A DNA stretch of 64,000 nucleotides from the human T2T-CHM13v2.0 reference genome, Homo sapiens (GCF_009914755.1 NC_060928.1), one strand, 5' to 3'. Counted from the stretch's first letter, positions 13,330-29,350 are shown. Numbers and translations: made by a program. The notes: generated from the sequence alone by a model not told the origin.

Positions 13330-14050
13330 TGTTGGGACTCAGAAAACGGCACCCTAAAGTATGCTGCTTTGACATGCTGAGTACTTTGAACTCAAGAAGA
13401 TTGGAAGGCCTCAGAAGCAAGTTCTCTCTGACCTCCTGCCCTCCTGTCTCCTGCCCATTCTTCTCCCACAAAGCGAGTCACAGACACCAGAGTTCCTCTT
13501 CCCTAATGTGGGTTATAGAAACTAGAATCTCTCTCCCCCAAAAGCAAACCATAACACTTAGAAATATTACTGTAACCTTCCCCTGACTTTCTGTCTAGGA
13601 GCTGGCCACAAAGAAATTTTCTGACCTACTTTGTCTAATAGTTGGTCATAGACCCTTATTCCAGAGGGACATAAGATCCTCATTCCAGTTGGTCATAAGA
13701 CCCCATACCTGGTAGAAAGAAATGCTACACAGAGGGGCCAAGAAGTATCTGGACAGGCTTTGCTGGGTGTCCCCCCACCCCCAATCTATAATCATTAGAC
13801 TATATCTTTTTGTCCAACCATACTTTTATACAGCTATCCATTCGTCATTGAACTTAAGCAAAAAAAAAAAAAAAAAAAGTTTTCAATGTATCTTTGGATC
13901 TTCATTTCTGAAAGCTCCCACATCACATAAAACTTTGATTAAATAAATTTGTTATGCTGCTCTCTTGTTAACCTGTCTATTGTTATGAATGTGTCAGCCA
14001 AGACCCTTATGATAGATGAGGAAAAGTATCACAACTTTTTCACCCCTAAA
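13330..14050 (+). mobile_element. MER39-like ERV1 solo LTR
   Basis: Start 'tgttgggactcagaaaac'; perfect 4-bp TSD CTTA at 13326-13329 and 14051-14054. Confidence 0.8.
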
Positions 14051-14107
14051 CTTAGCGAGCCGAAAAATAACCCCCAGATTACTGTAGGATTGATACCAGC
14101 CTGACTG

Positions 14108-14834
14108 TGACAAAGATTCTTTGCTCAACTAAACTTTAGTCAGGCTTCTAGACCCATCTGTGTGCTTTTGTAAAATCAGAATTTAGCATGAATTTTCCAC
14201 CCTCAATATCTGATCACCCTGTTTTTTGTTTTGTTTTGTTTTGTTTTTAAACCAGGGTCTCACTCTGTCATCCAGGTCAGAGTGCAGTGGTGTGATCACA
14301 CCAGGATAATATTTTTATTTTTAATTATAAGTTAATTCTTCTTCTTCTTCTTCTTTTTTTTTTGTAGAAATAAGGGGGTCTCGCTATGTTCCCCAGGCTG
14401 GTGTCAAACCCCTGGGCTCAAGCGATCCTCCCACCTCAGTTTCCCAAAGTGCTGGGATTGCAGGCATGAGCCACCATGCCCAGCTGTGATCACTCTTGAC
14501 ATCTGATTGGGTGCCTCTCTTCTGCCAATTCCAGTTGATGTTTGATCACCCAGGCTTCTCTTCAGCAAGAATCTTGTAAGGTCAGTTTAGTAAGAATCCT
14601 CCTTACTCCTAATGCTTCCTCTTAGTAATTTTCCATCCGCTGACCCCAACCCTGCTTCTTGACCTTCTTGACTATAAATTTCCACTTGCCCATGCTGTAT
14701 TTGGAGTTGAGCCCAATCTCTCTCCTTCACTACAAAATCCTGTAGCCGGGTCCCTATGCTTATTGCGATGGTCCTGAATAAAGTCTGCCTTACTGTGCTT
14801 TAACAAGCATCACTGGGTAATGTTTTCTTTAATA
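14108..14834 (+). mobile_element. MER31-like ERV1 solo LTR containing an Alu
   Basis: Start 'tgacaaagattctttgc'; 'cctgaataaagtc' poly(A) signal; perfect TSD ACTG at 14104-14107 and 14835-14838. Confidence 0.8.
14221..14486 (-). mobile_element. AluJ-like with internal deletion in the right arm
   Basis: (GTTTT)n tail, partial right arm, intact left arm; flanked by 'tgatcacyct'. Confidence 0.85.
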
Positions 14835-15077
14835 ACTGAGAAAAAAGACCTTTCTCCTCCTTCTTCCCTCCTAATTTTTCTAGTTCTTCCTGTGCTTGTA
14901 ATTTATGTTTTCTGGGCCATAGCAGTGCTATTTAGGAAGATGATTAGAATTCAAAGTCTTTTAGCATAGGTCTTAGAGATCACAGTCTTGTGTTTGTGTT
15001 TGTGCTTTTGTGAAACTTCCTCAAATTTAAATATTAAACAAATGGAGATTCAGGGAAGAGATTTGACTAACATTGCA

Positions 15078-15410
15078 TGCTGTGGTCTAAATGTTTGTGT
15101 CCCCTTCAAATTCGTATGTTGAAATTGTAACCCATAAAGGGATGGTATTTGAAGGAGGGGTGTTGGGTGGTAATTAGGTCATGAGGTTAGAATCCTTGTA
15201 AAAGAGACCCCAGAACTCTAGCTACCCGTTTCCATGTTGTGAGAAGCCAGAAGAGGGTTGTCTGTGAGGAAGCAGGCTTTTACCAGGCACTGAATCTTCT
15301 GATGCTTTGATCTTGATCTTCCAGCTTCCAGAACTGTGAGAAATAAATTTTTGTTGTTTATAAACCACTTGGTCTATGGTATTTTGTTATAGCAGCTCTA
15401 GGACTAAGAC
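15078..15410 (+). mobile_element. MLT1A-type MaLR solo LTR
   Basis: 'tgctgtggtctaaatgtttgtgtcccc' to 'ggactaagaca'. Confidence 0.85.
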
Positions 15411-15668
15411 AGCCATACTTCTAGTTAGTGTCAGAGCTCGGTGTAACACCCAAGTCTCCAAACTCTTTTACTAACTACAACACGGAGTGTAGTCTTCATG
15501 AAGTCAGGGGCAAGTCTAATGGGAACCATTCAGCAGGCTTAAATTGTATTTAACACACAAGCAGTTCCTGAATTAACTTCACCCACCCATTTTATATTTC
15601 CTTTTGAATGAGCACTTGGGACAACTTCTTGCTGCAACAGGGGCTTATCTCTTGGCAGCATCTCAGAC

Positions 15669-15857
15669 TGGGAATGCCCTCTCAGGGGCCTGAGATGCCT
15701 TCTCTGTTGTTTGCCTTTTTCCTGCTAACTTTTCTGACAATGTTTTAGCATTTTCCCTACAATGGAGAACTCCCTCTCAAGGGCCTGAGATCCCTCTTTC
15801 CTGTTTGTCTTTTTCCTGCTAACTTTCCTGACAATGTTTTGGCATTTTCCCTACAAC
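15669..15857. repeat. Two-copy tandem duplication of ~94 bp
   Basis: 'ccctctca(g/a)gggcctgagat...cctgctaactttyctgacaatgttttrgcattttccctacaa' occurs twice. Confidence 0.92.
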
Positions 15858-16034
15858 GAATTGGCTCAGAATAGGGAAATATCTCCTCTAATTGCTCAAG
15901 AGGGGGCTAGCTGGGCACAGGCAGGATCCACACTCAGCTTTAGGGCTGCCAAGGTGATGGGGTATTGATATCTCCAGTTGGAGCTCAGGATACATTATCT
16001 CAGAAACATGACTACAGCGGGGAAGTTGGAGGGA

Positions 16035-16250
16035 GTACTGTGTAGTGGTTAAAATGATGAGTTTTTGAAGTCAGAAGGGCTGTCATGTGTCATTTCACCA
16101 ACAATTAACAGCTTGAGCTTGAACTTCAGTTTTCCCAACTACATACTAGAGATGATGATGATAAATTACATCTAATTTATTAGGTATAATTTATTTATTG
16201 TGGTTCAGATTAAATGAGATAACTGGAAAATATTAAATGTTTAAAACATG
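16035..16250 (+). mobile_element. MIR
   Basis: 'tgtgtagtggttaa...cttcagttttccc...gattaaatgagataa'. Confidence 0.7.
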
Positions 16251-16865
16251 CTAGTGTTTTTTCTTCTTTTTTAGTACCACATCCAAGTTCAAAGTGAGTT
16301 TAAAAAGCCTTTTGCAGATTTGCCTAGAAACCAACATATATTTTATAAGGTTATTTTTACGAGAAACATTCTGATTTCTGAAAAGATTTTGAAAACTTAC
16401 CGGTTTATAAAGTAGGGCTGCCCATTTTCTCTGTCTCTCTGTCTCTTTCCTTCTTCATATGTCTTCAATTGGATATGATGACTGGAATATCCTGGGCCAT
16501 TTCGCAGATTTTATTTCTCGCATAAATCTGTTTTTACAAAGATACTCTGCACCTCTGCACATATACAAAATTAAGCAAATAATCTGGTTTTGCTCTTTAC
16601 AGAGACCAAATGGATGGGGTGTCCAGTTCTCTCATTCACTTTGCCTTGTAGATGCAACTCGAGTGCATTCACCCACTCCCTCCCCCCATGCATGTGTACT
16701 TGCCATCTGCTGGCATGGCATGAGGGTGAGGGCTAGTGCCCTGGAGGAACCAAGGGAAGGGAGTTCTGATTCATGTACTGGGACCCAAAGCCCGCTTTAA
16801 ACACCCTGAGCAGTTTTAAAGGCTGTTTTTGAGAGGCTACTTTTGAATGATAGAATGTTTGTTAT

Positions 16866-16990
16866 TTCTTTTAGAGACGGGGGTCTCACTGTGTTGCCCA
16901 GGCTGGTCTCTAACTCCTGGGCTGAAGTAATCCTGCCACTTCAGCCTCCCAAAGTGCTAGGATTACAGGCATCAGCCAACATACCCAGCC
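16866..16990 (-). mobile_element. FLAM / Alu left monomer
   Basis: Single antisense monomer. Confidence 0.88.
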
Positions 16991-17424
16991 ATAGAATGTT
17001 TTAATACTACAATTTTCAAGGGAAAAAGAGGCCCAGTGATAATGAACGTTTTGTTATCTCCTTTCATTGTATGTCTGACCCCTCTTGTGATACAATTTGC
17101 CTAGAAAACATGATTTACTCTATACATACTTCAAAAAGTACAAAGGTCTATAACCAAGAGTTTTTGTTGTTTGTTTGTTTTGGTTTGTTTGTTTTTGTAC
17201 ATACAGAAAAGTATGAGACTCCACAGCTGTATATATGGCATGGGGATAGATAGCAGGTTCCCAGAAGGAATGTAAAAGAGAATGGTAACTGTTAATAGTA
17301 ACTCGTAGAGAATCCCTTTGCTTAATGTGTTGTGGAGCAAATTAGGTGTGTTTTATTAGTGCAGATTTCATAAATGTCTGGTGTTATAGGAAGCAATAAA
17401 TTTAAGTAGAACCATATGGAATTG

Positions 17425-18186
17425 CAGTTGTTTCTTCTTATCTATGGGGATATGTTCCAGGACCACCAGGGGATGCCCGACACCATGGCTAGGACTGAGC
17501 CCTATTGCTGTCAGTTGGAATCCATTTCTGTTCCTGTCTTTCACCTACAAATTTAATGCCTTTTTCATTATAGCTAAGCACGTATCAAGCCATAACTTTT
17601 GCAGTTTGAGGTGCAACAACAAAACTAGCATCAATTTCTTTCCTTAGTCACAATTTCAAAGATAGGAGATTTGTTGTTGCCAAAGATCTTAGTAACCTCA
17701 GCGTATAATTTCTTTCCTTAAGTCAATAACTTCTTTCACCTCTTCACTTAAAGGAAGCACTTTACAGCTTCTCTTCGGCATATCTAAATTGCCAGCATCA
17801 CTAATCTTGAGCTGTGGAGCCATTATTAAGTAAAATAAGGGCTACTGGAACACAATCATTTCCATACTGTGACAGTCAGTTTAATGGCCCAGCCAGCTAC
17901 TAACGAGTGGGTAGTGTCTACAGCATGGATTTGCTGGACAAAGAAATGATTCATATTCCCCACTGGAACAGGAGGGCATGAGATTTCACCATGCTACTCA
18001 GAATGACACACAATTTAAAACCAATGAAATTTAGAGCTGGCCTTAAGTGAAATAATAAATAAAAGAAAAAAATAACATGACAAATTGCTTATTTCTGGAA
18101 CTTTCCATTTAATATTTTTAGACTGCAATTGACAGCAGGTAACTAAAGGCATGGAAAGTGAAACTGCGGAAAAGGGAGGACTACAG
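17425..18186 (-). mobile_element. MER44/Tigger7-type DNA transposon deletion derivative
   Basis: Terminal inverted-repeat-like ends 'cagttgtttcttcttatc' and 'gaaaagggaggactacag'; internal MER44-like sequence. Confidence 0.8.
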
Positions 18187-18939
18187 TACTTGAATTCTTC
18201 CTATGTTTTCTAAAGGTTTTGGATTTTAAGGAGACCCTAGATGAATGTTAAAAAATATTTAGAATTCAGAAAAAAAATTAAAAAAAAAAATATATAGTTT
18301 TTAAACAGGAAGACGGAACACTGAACAGAAATCAAGTGGCACTTTGTCACTTCCCAAGACCCAAGAAAAATAGTAACTTTCAGCAAAGGTGCCCAGAGTA
18401 AAGGACACAGGCAGAGGAGCTGACTGCATGCTCACATCCTCATTTCTCCTGTCCCTACACACAACAGACCAATTGCAGGGCTGAGAACACGATACCGGCT
18501 TAGAAAGTATTTGAATGCTGGAGTTGTAAGACGGGGCTCAATGGTGGCTTAATGGAAAGAAAAATCGACCTGTCAATCTTATTCATTTGAGCAATTCGAA
18601 TCATTAAAAGTTTCCTGATAATATTGAGATCAAATCTGCCGATGTGCATTTTTATTCACTGCATCTCGTTCTGTTTTCTGATAAAAAGTATTAGCATATT
18701 TCCTACAATTAATTGTGATATAGAATAAATTATATGCTTCTTTTAAATGACAGCTCTTCAAATATTTAAAGACAGCCAGGTTGCATCTCTGTGCACTTCA
18801 CTTCATTTTTGCCCTGTCCCAGGCCATTTTAAATTTGATTTATGTAATTAAATATCACTAGTCTCTTCACCTATTCTTTATATGATCTGTTTTATAGACA
18901 CTTTATTTCTCCTGGCTTCTGGAGGCATTAGTCAATGGG

Positions 18940-19212
18940 CCTCATTCTCAGCAAACTATCGCAAGGACAAAAAAACCAAACACCGCATGTTCTCACTCAT
19001 AGGTGGAAATTGATCAATGAGAACACATGGACACAGGAAAGGGAACAACACACACCGGGGACTGTTGTGGGGTGGGGGGAGAGGGGAGGGATAGCATTAG
19101 GAGATACACCTAATGCTAAATGACGAGTTAATGGGTGCAGCACACCAACATGGCACATGTATACCTATGCAACAAACCTGCACGTTGTGCACATGTGCCC
19201 TAAAACTCAAAG

Positions 19213-19252
<40 letters not shown>

Positions 19253-19258
19253 GAAAAA
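18940..19258 (+). mobile_element. L1PA 3' end with (AAT)n tail
   Basis: Canonical L1 3' UTR with G-rich tract, then 'aaagtataataat...'. Confidence 0.95.
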
Positions 19259-19582
19259 CGCTATTGAGAAGAAATCAATAAAATTTGACATGTTGATGAA
19301 AAAAGAAAAACCACAAAACGTTGGACTGAACAAAATACTTCTGATCCAGGGTGGCCATTTAAGAACACTAAGGGACTATTCTTGTCCTGGGTTCTGTACT
19401 TCTATTAATGGAAACTAACTTTCCATTGGAGTTTCTTAGAGCCACATCTCACCATAGGCTCAATCTAAACTTTCACTCAATAAAAATCCTAAGTCTTTTT
19501 CATGGTGCATTCAGTAAATCTCCTGTATCCCTCTTTTCTGAGGTTAATTGAAAAGTATTATCTTGGAATGTTATTCTTACCC

Positions 19583-19973
19583 ATATATGGTTTGGCTCTG
19601 TGTCCTTACCCAAATCTCATGTTGAGTTGTAATCCCTAGTGTTGGAGGTGGGGCCTGATGGGAGGTGATTGGATCATAGGGACGGACTTCCCCCTTGCTG
19701 TTCTCGTGATAATGAGTGAGTTCTCACAAGATCTGGTTGTTTAAAAGTGCACAGCACTTCCCCTCTTAGTTCTCCCTCTCTTGCTCTCCTGCTGGTCATA
19801 TGAATATGTGCCCAATTCCCATTTGTCTTCCACCATGATTGTAAGTTTCCTGAGGCCTCCCAGAAGCAGAAGCCTGTACAGCCTGCAGAACCATGAGTTG
19901 ATTGAACCTCTTTTCTTTATAAATTACCCAGTCTCTGGTAGTTCTTTATAGCAATGTAAGAATGAGCTAATAC
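19583..19973 (+). mobile_element. MSTA-like MaLR solo LTR
   Basis: 'tatggtttggctctgtgtcc' to 'ctaataca'. Confidence 0.88.
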
Positions 19974-20125
19974 ACACCACTATTAAAATTTATTTTATTT
20001 TATTTGTTTCATCCTATTCCAGCATGATCTCTTCTTTTTGAATTTTGATTTTTGCCATCAGCAGCATGTGTTCTGTAAAGGGACATCAATGCCTCTTCCT
20101 TTTTATTTTTTACCCTATTAGAGGT

Positions 20126-20576
20126 TGTCTTAGGCTGAGTTCCTTGGAGACAGACTCCAATATGGAATTACATGCAAAGGTTTAACAGGCAGTGCTCTCA
20201 GCAACCACACTTGTACTGGTGTGAAGGAAGCAGGACTGAGAAGAGGTAGAAGTTGAACTGCAATGCAATTGCCACAGAGACCTCAGCCAATCTTATGGGC
20301 ATCTCTGAAGCTGGGATGCCATTCAGATATGTTCTGTATTCAAGCAAGGGAAGCAGGCTTTGTACACTGGTCTTGATCAGTCATTGGATGTGGGCTTCTC
20401 TGGCAGGAAACAGAATTTTGGATGAGACAGCTCCCTTTGACTGAAAGAATTGGCAGCTGAAACTCTCCAATTCATCTGTAGGAGCCATCAGCAGACAACA
20501 TTATCAGCAGTTGGGGGAATGAGTACCTCTGTCCTGAATGGGGAAATCTAGGTGATGCACCCTAGCATCTATTACA
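20126..20576 (-). mobile_element. LTR16-like (ERVL) solo LTR
   Basis: 'tgtcttaggctgagttcc...gaaggaagcaggactg...gcatctattaca'. Confidence 0.7.
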
Positions 20577-20778
20577 GAAGGGCACCAGTGCACTCCTGCC
20601 TTTTGCTGCAATTATGGTGTTTTTTCTTAAAATGAAAAAATAATTCTATGTTTCCCCTCACAATCCTTCCCTTCTTTGTCCCCGCATTTACAGATTCCCA
20701 CAGTCAAGGTACCCTGATTCAAATATAATTCCATGAGAAGCTGGACTAAGGACATATATTCATTCATTCAATATTCAT

Positions 20779-20941
20779 GTGTGTGTGTGTTAGAGACAGG
20801 GTCTTGCTCTGTTTTCCAGATTGGAATGAAATGGCACAATTATAGCTCACTGTAACCCCAAACTCTTGGGCTCAAGTGATACTCCTGCCTCTGGCTTCCA
20901 AGTAGCTAGGACTACAGGTATGCACCACCACACCCAACTAA
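20779..20941 (-). mobile_element. Alu right monomer with (TG)n-converted tail inside an L2 end
   Basis: TSD CAATATTCAT on both sides; L2 'atttactgagcacctacta' resumes after it. Confidence 0.85.
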
Positions 20942-22908
20942 CAATATTCATATTTACTGAGCACCTACTATTGTGCCAGGCATTCTTCTACAAGCTGAGA
21001 ATGCCACAGGGAGCAAAACTTCCCTTTCTCATAGATCTTATATTCTAGGTGACAGACTCTTGGCCATACTTAAATTTTTAAGTCTCCTGTCATGACTTAG
21101 GTTTCGTCATTGAGCCAAGTTAACTGATACTCTTTACTTTTAAGCTAAGTCTACAACCTTTAAGAAGTGCCTTAGTCACACATGGGTATAGAGTCCTGGC
21201 TATTTCCTCAACTATTATATTTTGCAATTTGCCCAGAAAAGTTTGAATCTTAGCTGTGGATTCAACTTTTAGCAAAAGTAAAGAAGTGAATGATAAATTA
21301 AAAAGCAAACTAAAATAATTGTTTGATATTGTGCAGACATAATAGCCAAGTGACTGATAATTATTCCATTCCCCAGCACTTTTATGGATATTTAGACACA
21401 ACTGTCAGAAAACCTCAGGTGATGTTGTTCTTGAATAAACACAGGACTCTAAAATGTCTTTCTTTAATTCTTCCTGCTTGGCACTTCTAGATAAATATGA
21501 TTTGCTTTAAGATCTCAGTCTTAAAATGAAATTGAGAAAGTGGCTTCATACGAAGATCGATCTTAAAAAATGGAGGAAGATTAAGATCAATGAGATAATT
21601 TCTTAAAGTAATACAATCCCCACATTTTAGAGACTAAGGCTACATTATTTCAGATGGAATGAAGAAATAACTGCCCTAGCTATACAAAATAAAATCTAGT
21701 GGAAAGAAACAAAAGCTGGTGGTCAGTGTAGGAATGGCTCACTTTTTTCCAGACTTTTTTTCCTCCAGACTAAATGAGTAGTTATCCATATAAACCATAC
21801 AACATGTTGTGAAGCTTACAATCATTTTTTCTTGATATTGTTGTTAAATAAAAATTTGGTGACTAAATTCAACTTTTAAATAAGTAACATGACCATTTTT
21901 ATTCTTTCATATGAAGGTGGGAAAGGATAATTGGTATAACTAATAGACATAATTATGTTTACTATTATTCCTGCTTTCATAGTTAGAATCTCATTAAGCT
22001 TTCTGTGAATATTGTGAAAATGACTGAGATACTTCTCGACTTCTTCATACATTCATAGCAATTTTCTCTTTAAAAACAAAGCAAAAGTTAATTATGCAGA
22101 TTTATATTCTGACCCATTCTTGTTGATACTGAATAAAAGCTCCACATAAAAAAGAAACAAGAAACATGAAACATAGTCACGAATCAGATACTGTTTCTTC
22201 TTTTCAGTGGAAAATTGTGCTTCCACACTGGTGAAAATCTAAGGCTGAGAATGTTGCCATGAAATATTAAAATAATTAATCATTAAAAATTACCTAGCCA
22301 ATTACACAAATTTGTCAAAGTAAGTCTCCTAACTAATCCTCACACTTAAGTGAAAGTTCGAGTTAAGTTCACTGACCAACATTTTACAGAATAAGTAATT
22401 TTACATGCAAGACTACTTGGTATAAAGCTGGTAATGGGGTCATAGTTACATCAAGGAATTTGTTCATTTCATTCCTGAACTTGTCAGTACTTTTTTAGGT
22501 ACTAATAAAAGATGCCTCAAGAAAAAAATACCATGGAGATTTAAGTTTTTAGCCAACTACATAATCACCATCATAATCTTTATCTCACCATCATCAGCAG
22601 CGCAGCACCATCATCAATTTTACAAAAGTACTGCATAACTCTTCATTAGTAAAGGTGATATTTTGCTATTTTCCCACTATAAATAAGTCATTTCTTGTGT
22701 TACATTAATTAGTTCCAAATCACTTAGAATGAAAGATTTTAGTTATGAATGATCCTTTTTTATATTTATTATCTTATTTTAAAACAGTTTATGATAAGAT
22801 GTCATTAAAAAGAACAGTGTTGTTTTTGGTGTAGATGAAAAATAATATTAACTGGAGGAATGCTTCTTCAAACATTTATTTAGGAACTGGTTCAGTCAAG
22901 TTTCCAGG

Positions 22909-23345
22909 TATATTAGTCAGAATTTTCCAGAGAAACAGGACTATCCTATATGGATATTTAAAGATTTATTATAAGGAATATGCTCGCATGATTATTAAAG
23001 CTGAGAAGTCCAAAGTCTACAGAGCTGATATTCCAGTTTGAGTCTGAAGGCCAGGGCTGCTATAGAACCAGGAAGAGCTGACATCTGATTTTGAAGGCCA
23101 TCAGTCAGGAAAATTCTGTCTTACTTGAGGGAGGCAGGGTCAGTCCTTTGTTCTATTCAGGCCCTTACCTGCTTAAATGTGTCCTACCCATATTAGAAAG
23201 AACAATCTGCTTTACTTGGTCTACTGATGAAAATGTTAATGTCATCTAAAAAAACACATTCACAGAAACACCCAGAATAATGTTTGAGCAAATACCTGGA
23301 TACCTCATGGATCAGTCAAGTTGACACATAAAATTAACCATCACA
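22909..23345 (-). mobile_element. MLT2-family (ERVL) solo LTR
   Basis: 'tattagtcagaattttccagagaaacag' to 'aaaattaaccatcaca'. Confidence 0.85.
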
Positions 23346-23829
23346 CCTGGTAAGCAGAGGATATCAGGTAGGGTTAGGGGAATTTAAGTCCTGTCTCAAA
23401 ATAGATGAATGGCAGAGATTGAATTGCATAACTGAGTCTAGTAGGGGACTCAAATCGACCTTCAGATGATTATGTGATAGATGTTGATATCTGGCTATGC
23501 ACATTATCCTTTAGGCCATTACATAGAAAAGGTGTGGTAATTTGCTTTAGGGTCTCAGTCATACATGGCTTATCTGCATAATTATTTTAAAGATTTTTTT
23601 GTAGTCTTCTCCTCTGACCTTCACACATACAAAAAAATATTTGTAGAGGATGAACCCCATGCTACTGCAATGATTAGAAGGAAGGAATCATAATTTTTCC
23701 CACTGAGAACACTTTCTTTAGCCTGAATTTATGGTATAAGCTATTTTTGGTCAAAGTGATGGTTTATAAGTAAAAAGTCCATGGGGAAAATCAAGTGCCA
23801 GTCAGTAATTTATAATTAATTTTCACTCT

Positions 23830-26175
<2,346 letters not shown>

Positions 26176-26589
26176 TGTAATTTATTCTTAAAGGTAAGGT
26201 GAGTAAGTGTGAACTGGGTTTCTCAGATGAGGCTAAGATGAACAGGCTCTAATCACCTTGGGAGATGAATAGAAGTTATTATAAATTGGTAATTTTCTAT
26301 GACAAAAAAATGACCTAAACCTTGTATGGCAGCTTGTAAAGAAACTCATATTAGGGATAACCTTATATGTATTAAAACCAATTTAGACATTTAGTTATTC
26401 AATATCAGAAAATTATCAAATGCCAAAATGAGCAAAACTCAGGAAGTAAAGCGATAGGAAAAACTAGAATAGATCTAGCCAAGATATGGATGGAAGCTGG
26501 ACATCTTTTGCTCTGGAAAAAAATAATAGAAGAAACCTAAGATCAGACAAGAGACATCTTCATTATTTTTTCCCCTCTAATCAGGGCTC

Positions 26590-27975
26590 CTTCTGATAGC
26601 TATTTAGCATAACAAATTTTTGTAGGTTTATATTGTGCCTGTCCTATCCCATACCTGGAGTCGGCTATTGCTCAAAAAACCTTGGCTTCTCTTAGTTGTA
26701 AATGGTATTTACTTGAGCACAAGTACAAGATGTGCTCATTGCTACTGGTTCAGTCATTGTTTCTAGATCTCTTAGAGGACAAAGATACACACACAAACAC
26801 ACAAACACCATATATGCACACAAACACACATACTATAATACCTTAGCAATTCAATAACATTTAGAGCTATAGAATTTTTTACTTAGTCTCTCAGTTTATG
26901 TATCTCCTTTCTTCCACACTAAAATCCCCAATTCTTGAAAACACATGGAATAATAGAATTTGAATGTCACTAACTTTTTTTCATATGGCAGTCTCAATAA
27001 CAATAATAATATTACCATGGCAATATAATAACTAAGAACTGTCAATTTTTTTAACGTTTTTCCCATTTTACATTCTTTTTTGGAGTTACAGTATGTCTAC
27101 ATTTTCTAAACATATGACCATTATGTTCAATATTCTCTTCCTTTTTGCCTTCATTTTTGTCTTAGTTATACAAATAGTTCTATTTAATCAACCCCACCAG
27201 TTCTTATGTTGATGTTTCTTTAGTCATCTTAGTCTTTTGAGGCCTGTTTTCTAGTAGAATTCTTGGGAAAGATGCATGAGAACAATATTCCCTGAGTTCT
27301 TGAATGTTGATAATAGTTTATCTGTATCATTTATACTTGAAAGTCCATTTTCTCTGGATATAAAATCTTTGCCTCACATTTTCTTTTCTTGATTATCTTA
27401 AATATGTTACTCCATTTTTTTTTCTGGCAAAAGTTTTGCTTTTGAAAAAAAAAAAGAATTTTCTTTTAGCTTATAAATCACTTGTTCATTTTGCCCAGAT
27501 GTCAAAAAAATTGTTTCTTTTCTTTTCTTTTTAAATGTCCTGTAATTTTATTAAAATATGTCTTGGGGTTCATTGTTTTGGGTTGATATTCTCAAATACA
27601 TGGTATATGCTTTCAAAATAGTTTCAAATCTTTATTCCTGAGATGTGTTCTTGAATTACAGTCTTTTGTATTATTTTGTCCCATTGTTTTTTTCCCCTAG
27701 AGAATCCAATTATCCATATGTGATTTTTTTGGTCTATTCTCAAAATTTGTCCCTTTCCCTTAAATCCTTTTTATTTCTTTTGTTGCATCTGTTGATTTTA
27801 ATTTTTTCTGCTTTCATCCTCTATTACTTTTAATACATTTGCTGCTGTATATATTCATTCCTATAATCCTTATTAGTCTTTATTTCTGAAAAATTTTTTA
27901 TTTTAAATTATTTTCCTCAGCTTTATCTGAGTTCTTCTACTTCTGATTTGCGTTGTTCTTTCATATTTAGAATCA
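26590..27975 (-). mobile_element. Ancient L1M/HAL1-like fragments
   Basis: T-rich LINE-like antisense sequence ('ggatataaaatctttgcctcacattttc'); subfamily uncertain. Confidence 0.5.
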
Positions 27976-27984
27976 TTGTTATAA

Positions 27985-29350
27985 GCTAGCAGAGGTATGT
28001 TAAATTCTTCAGGAAACATCCATTGTTTGGTCTGGATGCCATTCCCTCTTCTGGGAATTAACTCTACAACCTGTCATTCAGATACTTGCTTGGAAGCTGC
28101 TGTATGTAGTTATCTCTGAATAATTATTGGTGGCAGGTTGGGTGACAACTGACGGAATCTGAGTCCATCTCCATGGCTTTTGATCTTGCCCTTGAGCTCA
28201 AATTCCTTTCTTTCTTCCTTTCTTTCCTTTCTTTCTACCTCCCTCCCTCCCTCCCTCCCTTCCTTCCTTCTTTCTTTTCTTTCTTTCTTCTTTCTTTATA
28301 AATTTTACTTTAAGTTCTGGGATACATATGTAGAATGTGCAGATTTGTTACATAGGTATACATGTACCATGGTGGTTTGCTGTACCTATCAACCCGTCGT
28401 CTAGGTTTTAAGACCTGCATGTATTAGGTATTTGTCCTAATGGTCTCCCTCCCCTTGCCCCCCATCCCCCAACAGGACCCAGTGTGTGACCTTCCCCTCC
28501 TTGTGTCCATGTGTTCTCATTGTTCAACTCCCACTTATGAGTGAGAACATGTGGTGTTTGGTTTTCTGTTCCTGTGTTAGTTTGCTGAGAATGATGGCTT
28601 CCAGCTTCAACCATGTCTCCGCAAAGGGCATGAACTCATCCTTTTTTATGGCTGCATAGTATTCCATGGTGTATATTGCCACATTTTCTTTATCCAGTCT
28701 ATCCTTGATGGGCTTTTGGATTGTTTCCACGTCTTTGCTATTGTGAACAGTGCTGCAATAAACATACATGTGTATGGGTCTTTATAATAGAATGATTTAT
28801 AATCCTTTGGGTATATACTCAGTAATGGGATTGCTGGGTCAAATAGTGTTTCTGGTTCTAGATCCTTGAGGAATTGCCACACTGTCTTCCCCAATGATTG
28901 AACTAATTTACGTTCCCACCAACAGTGTAAAAGGTGCCTATTTCTTGACATCCTCTCCAGCATCTGTTATTTCCTGACTTTTTAATGATTGCCATCCTAA
29001 CTGGCCTGAGATGGTATCTCATTGTGGTTTTTATTTGCATTTCTCTAATGACCTGTGATGATGGAACTCAAACTCTTTCTTGGGACTTGCTGCAGCTAAG
29101 TTTTTTGCTGTGTGAAGAAAGTTATTCTGTACTCTTTGAGAAGAATGATGCGAAATGCTGAGATTCAACAAGGAGGATGGAGAAAGTTTCTAACTTCATC
29201 TGGACTTCATCTGGCCTGCAGTTATTCCTGAGGTCTGGCTGTTTCCATGACCTTCCCCAGCTTGGTTGTCCTGCCTGATGCCTAAGTATCCTTTCATAAA
29301 ATCTTTCTATTTGCATAAGCATACTTGAGTAGGGGTCTGTTAACAGAAAG
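27985..29350 (+). mobile_element. Old MLT1-type LTR split by the L1PA at 28205-29063
   Basis: MLT1-like motifs on both sides; terminal 'cataagcatacttgagtaggggtctgttaacag'. Confidence 0.5.
28205..29063 (-). mobile_element. 5'-truncated L1PA (ORF2 C-terminus and 3' UTR) with CT-rich decayed tail
   Basis: ORF 28646-28963 contains 'HCWWE...DPAIPLL'; degenerate TSD 'gagctcaaattcctttc' / 'gaactcaaactctttc'. Confidence 0.95.

Larger units (their letters stand above)
18740..20060 (-). mobile_element. CR1/L3 remnant split by an L1 and an MST LTR
   Basis: 'gacagctcttcaaatatttaaagacag', 'actgaacaaaatact' and 'cctaagtctttttca' resemble antisense L3. Confidence 0.5.

Noticed and set aside
19057-19090. 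G-quadruplex-like G runs
   Set aside because: Standard feature of L1PA 3' UTRs.
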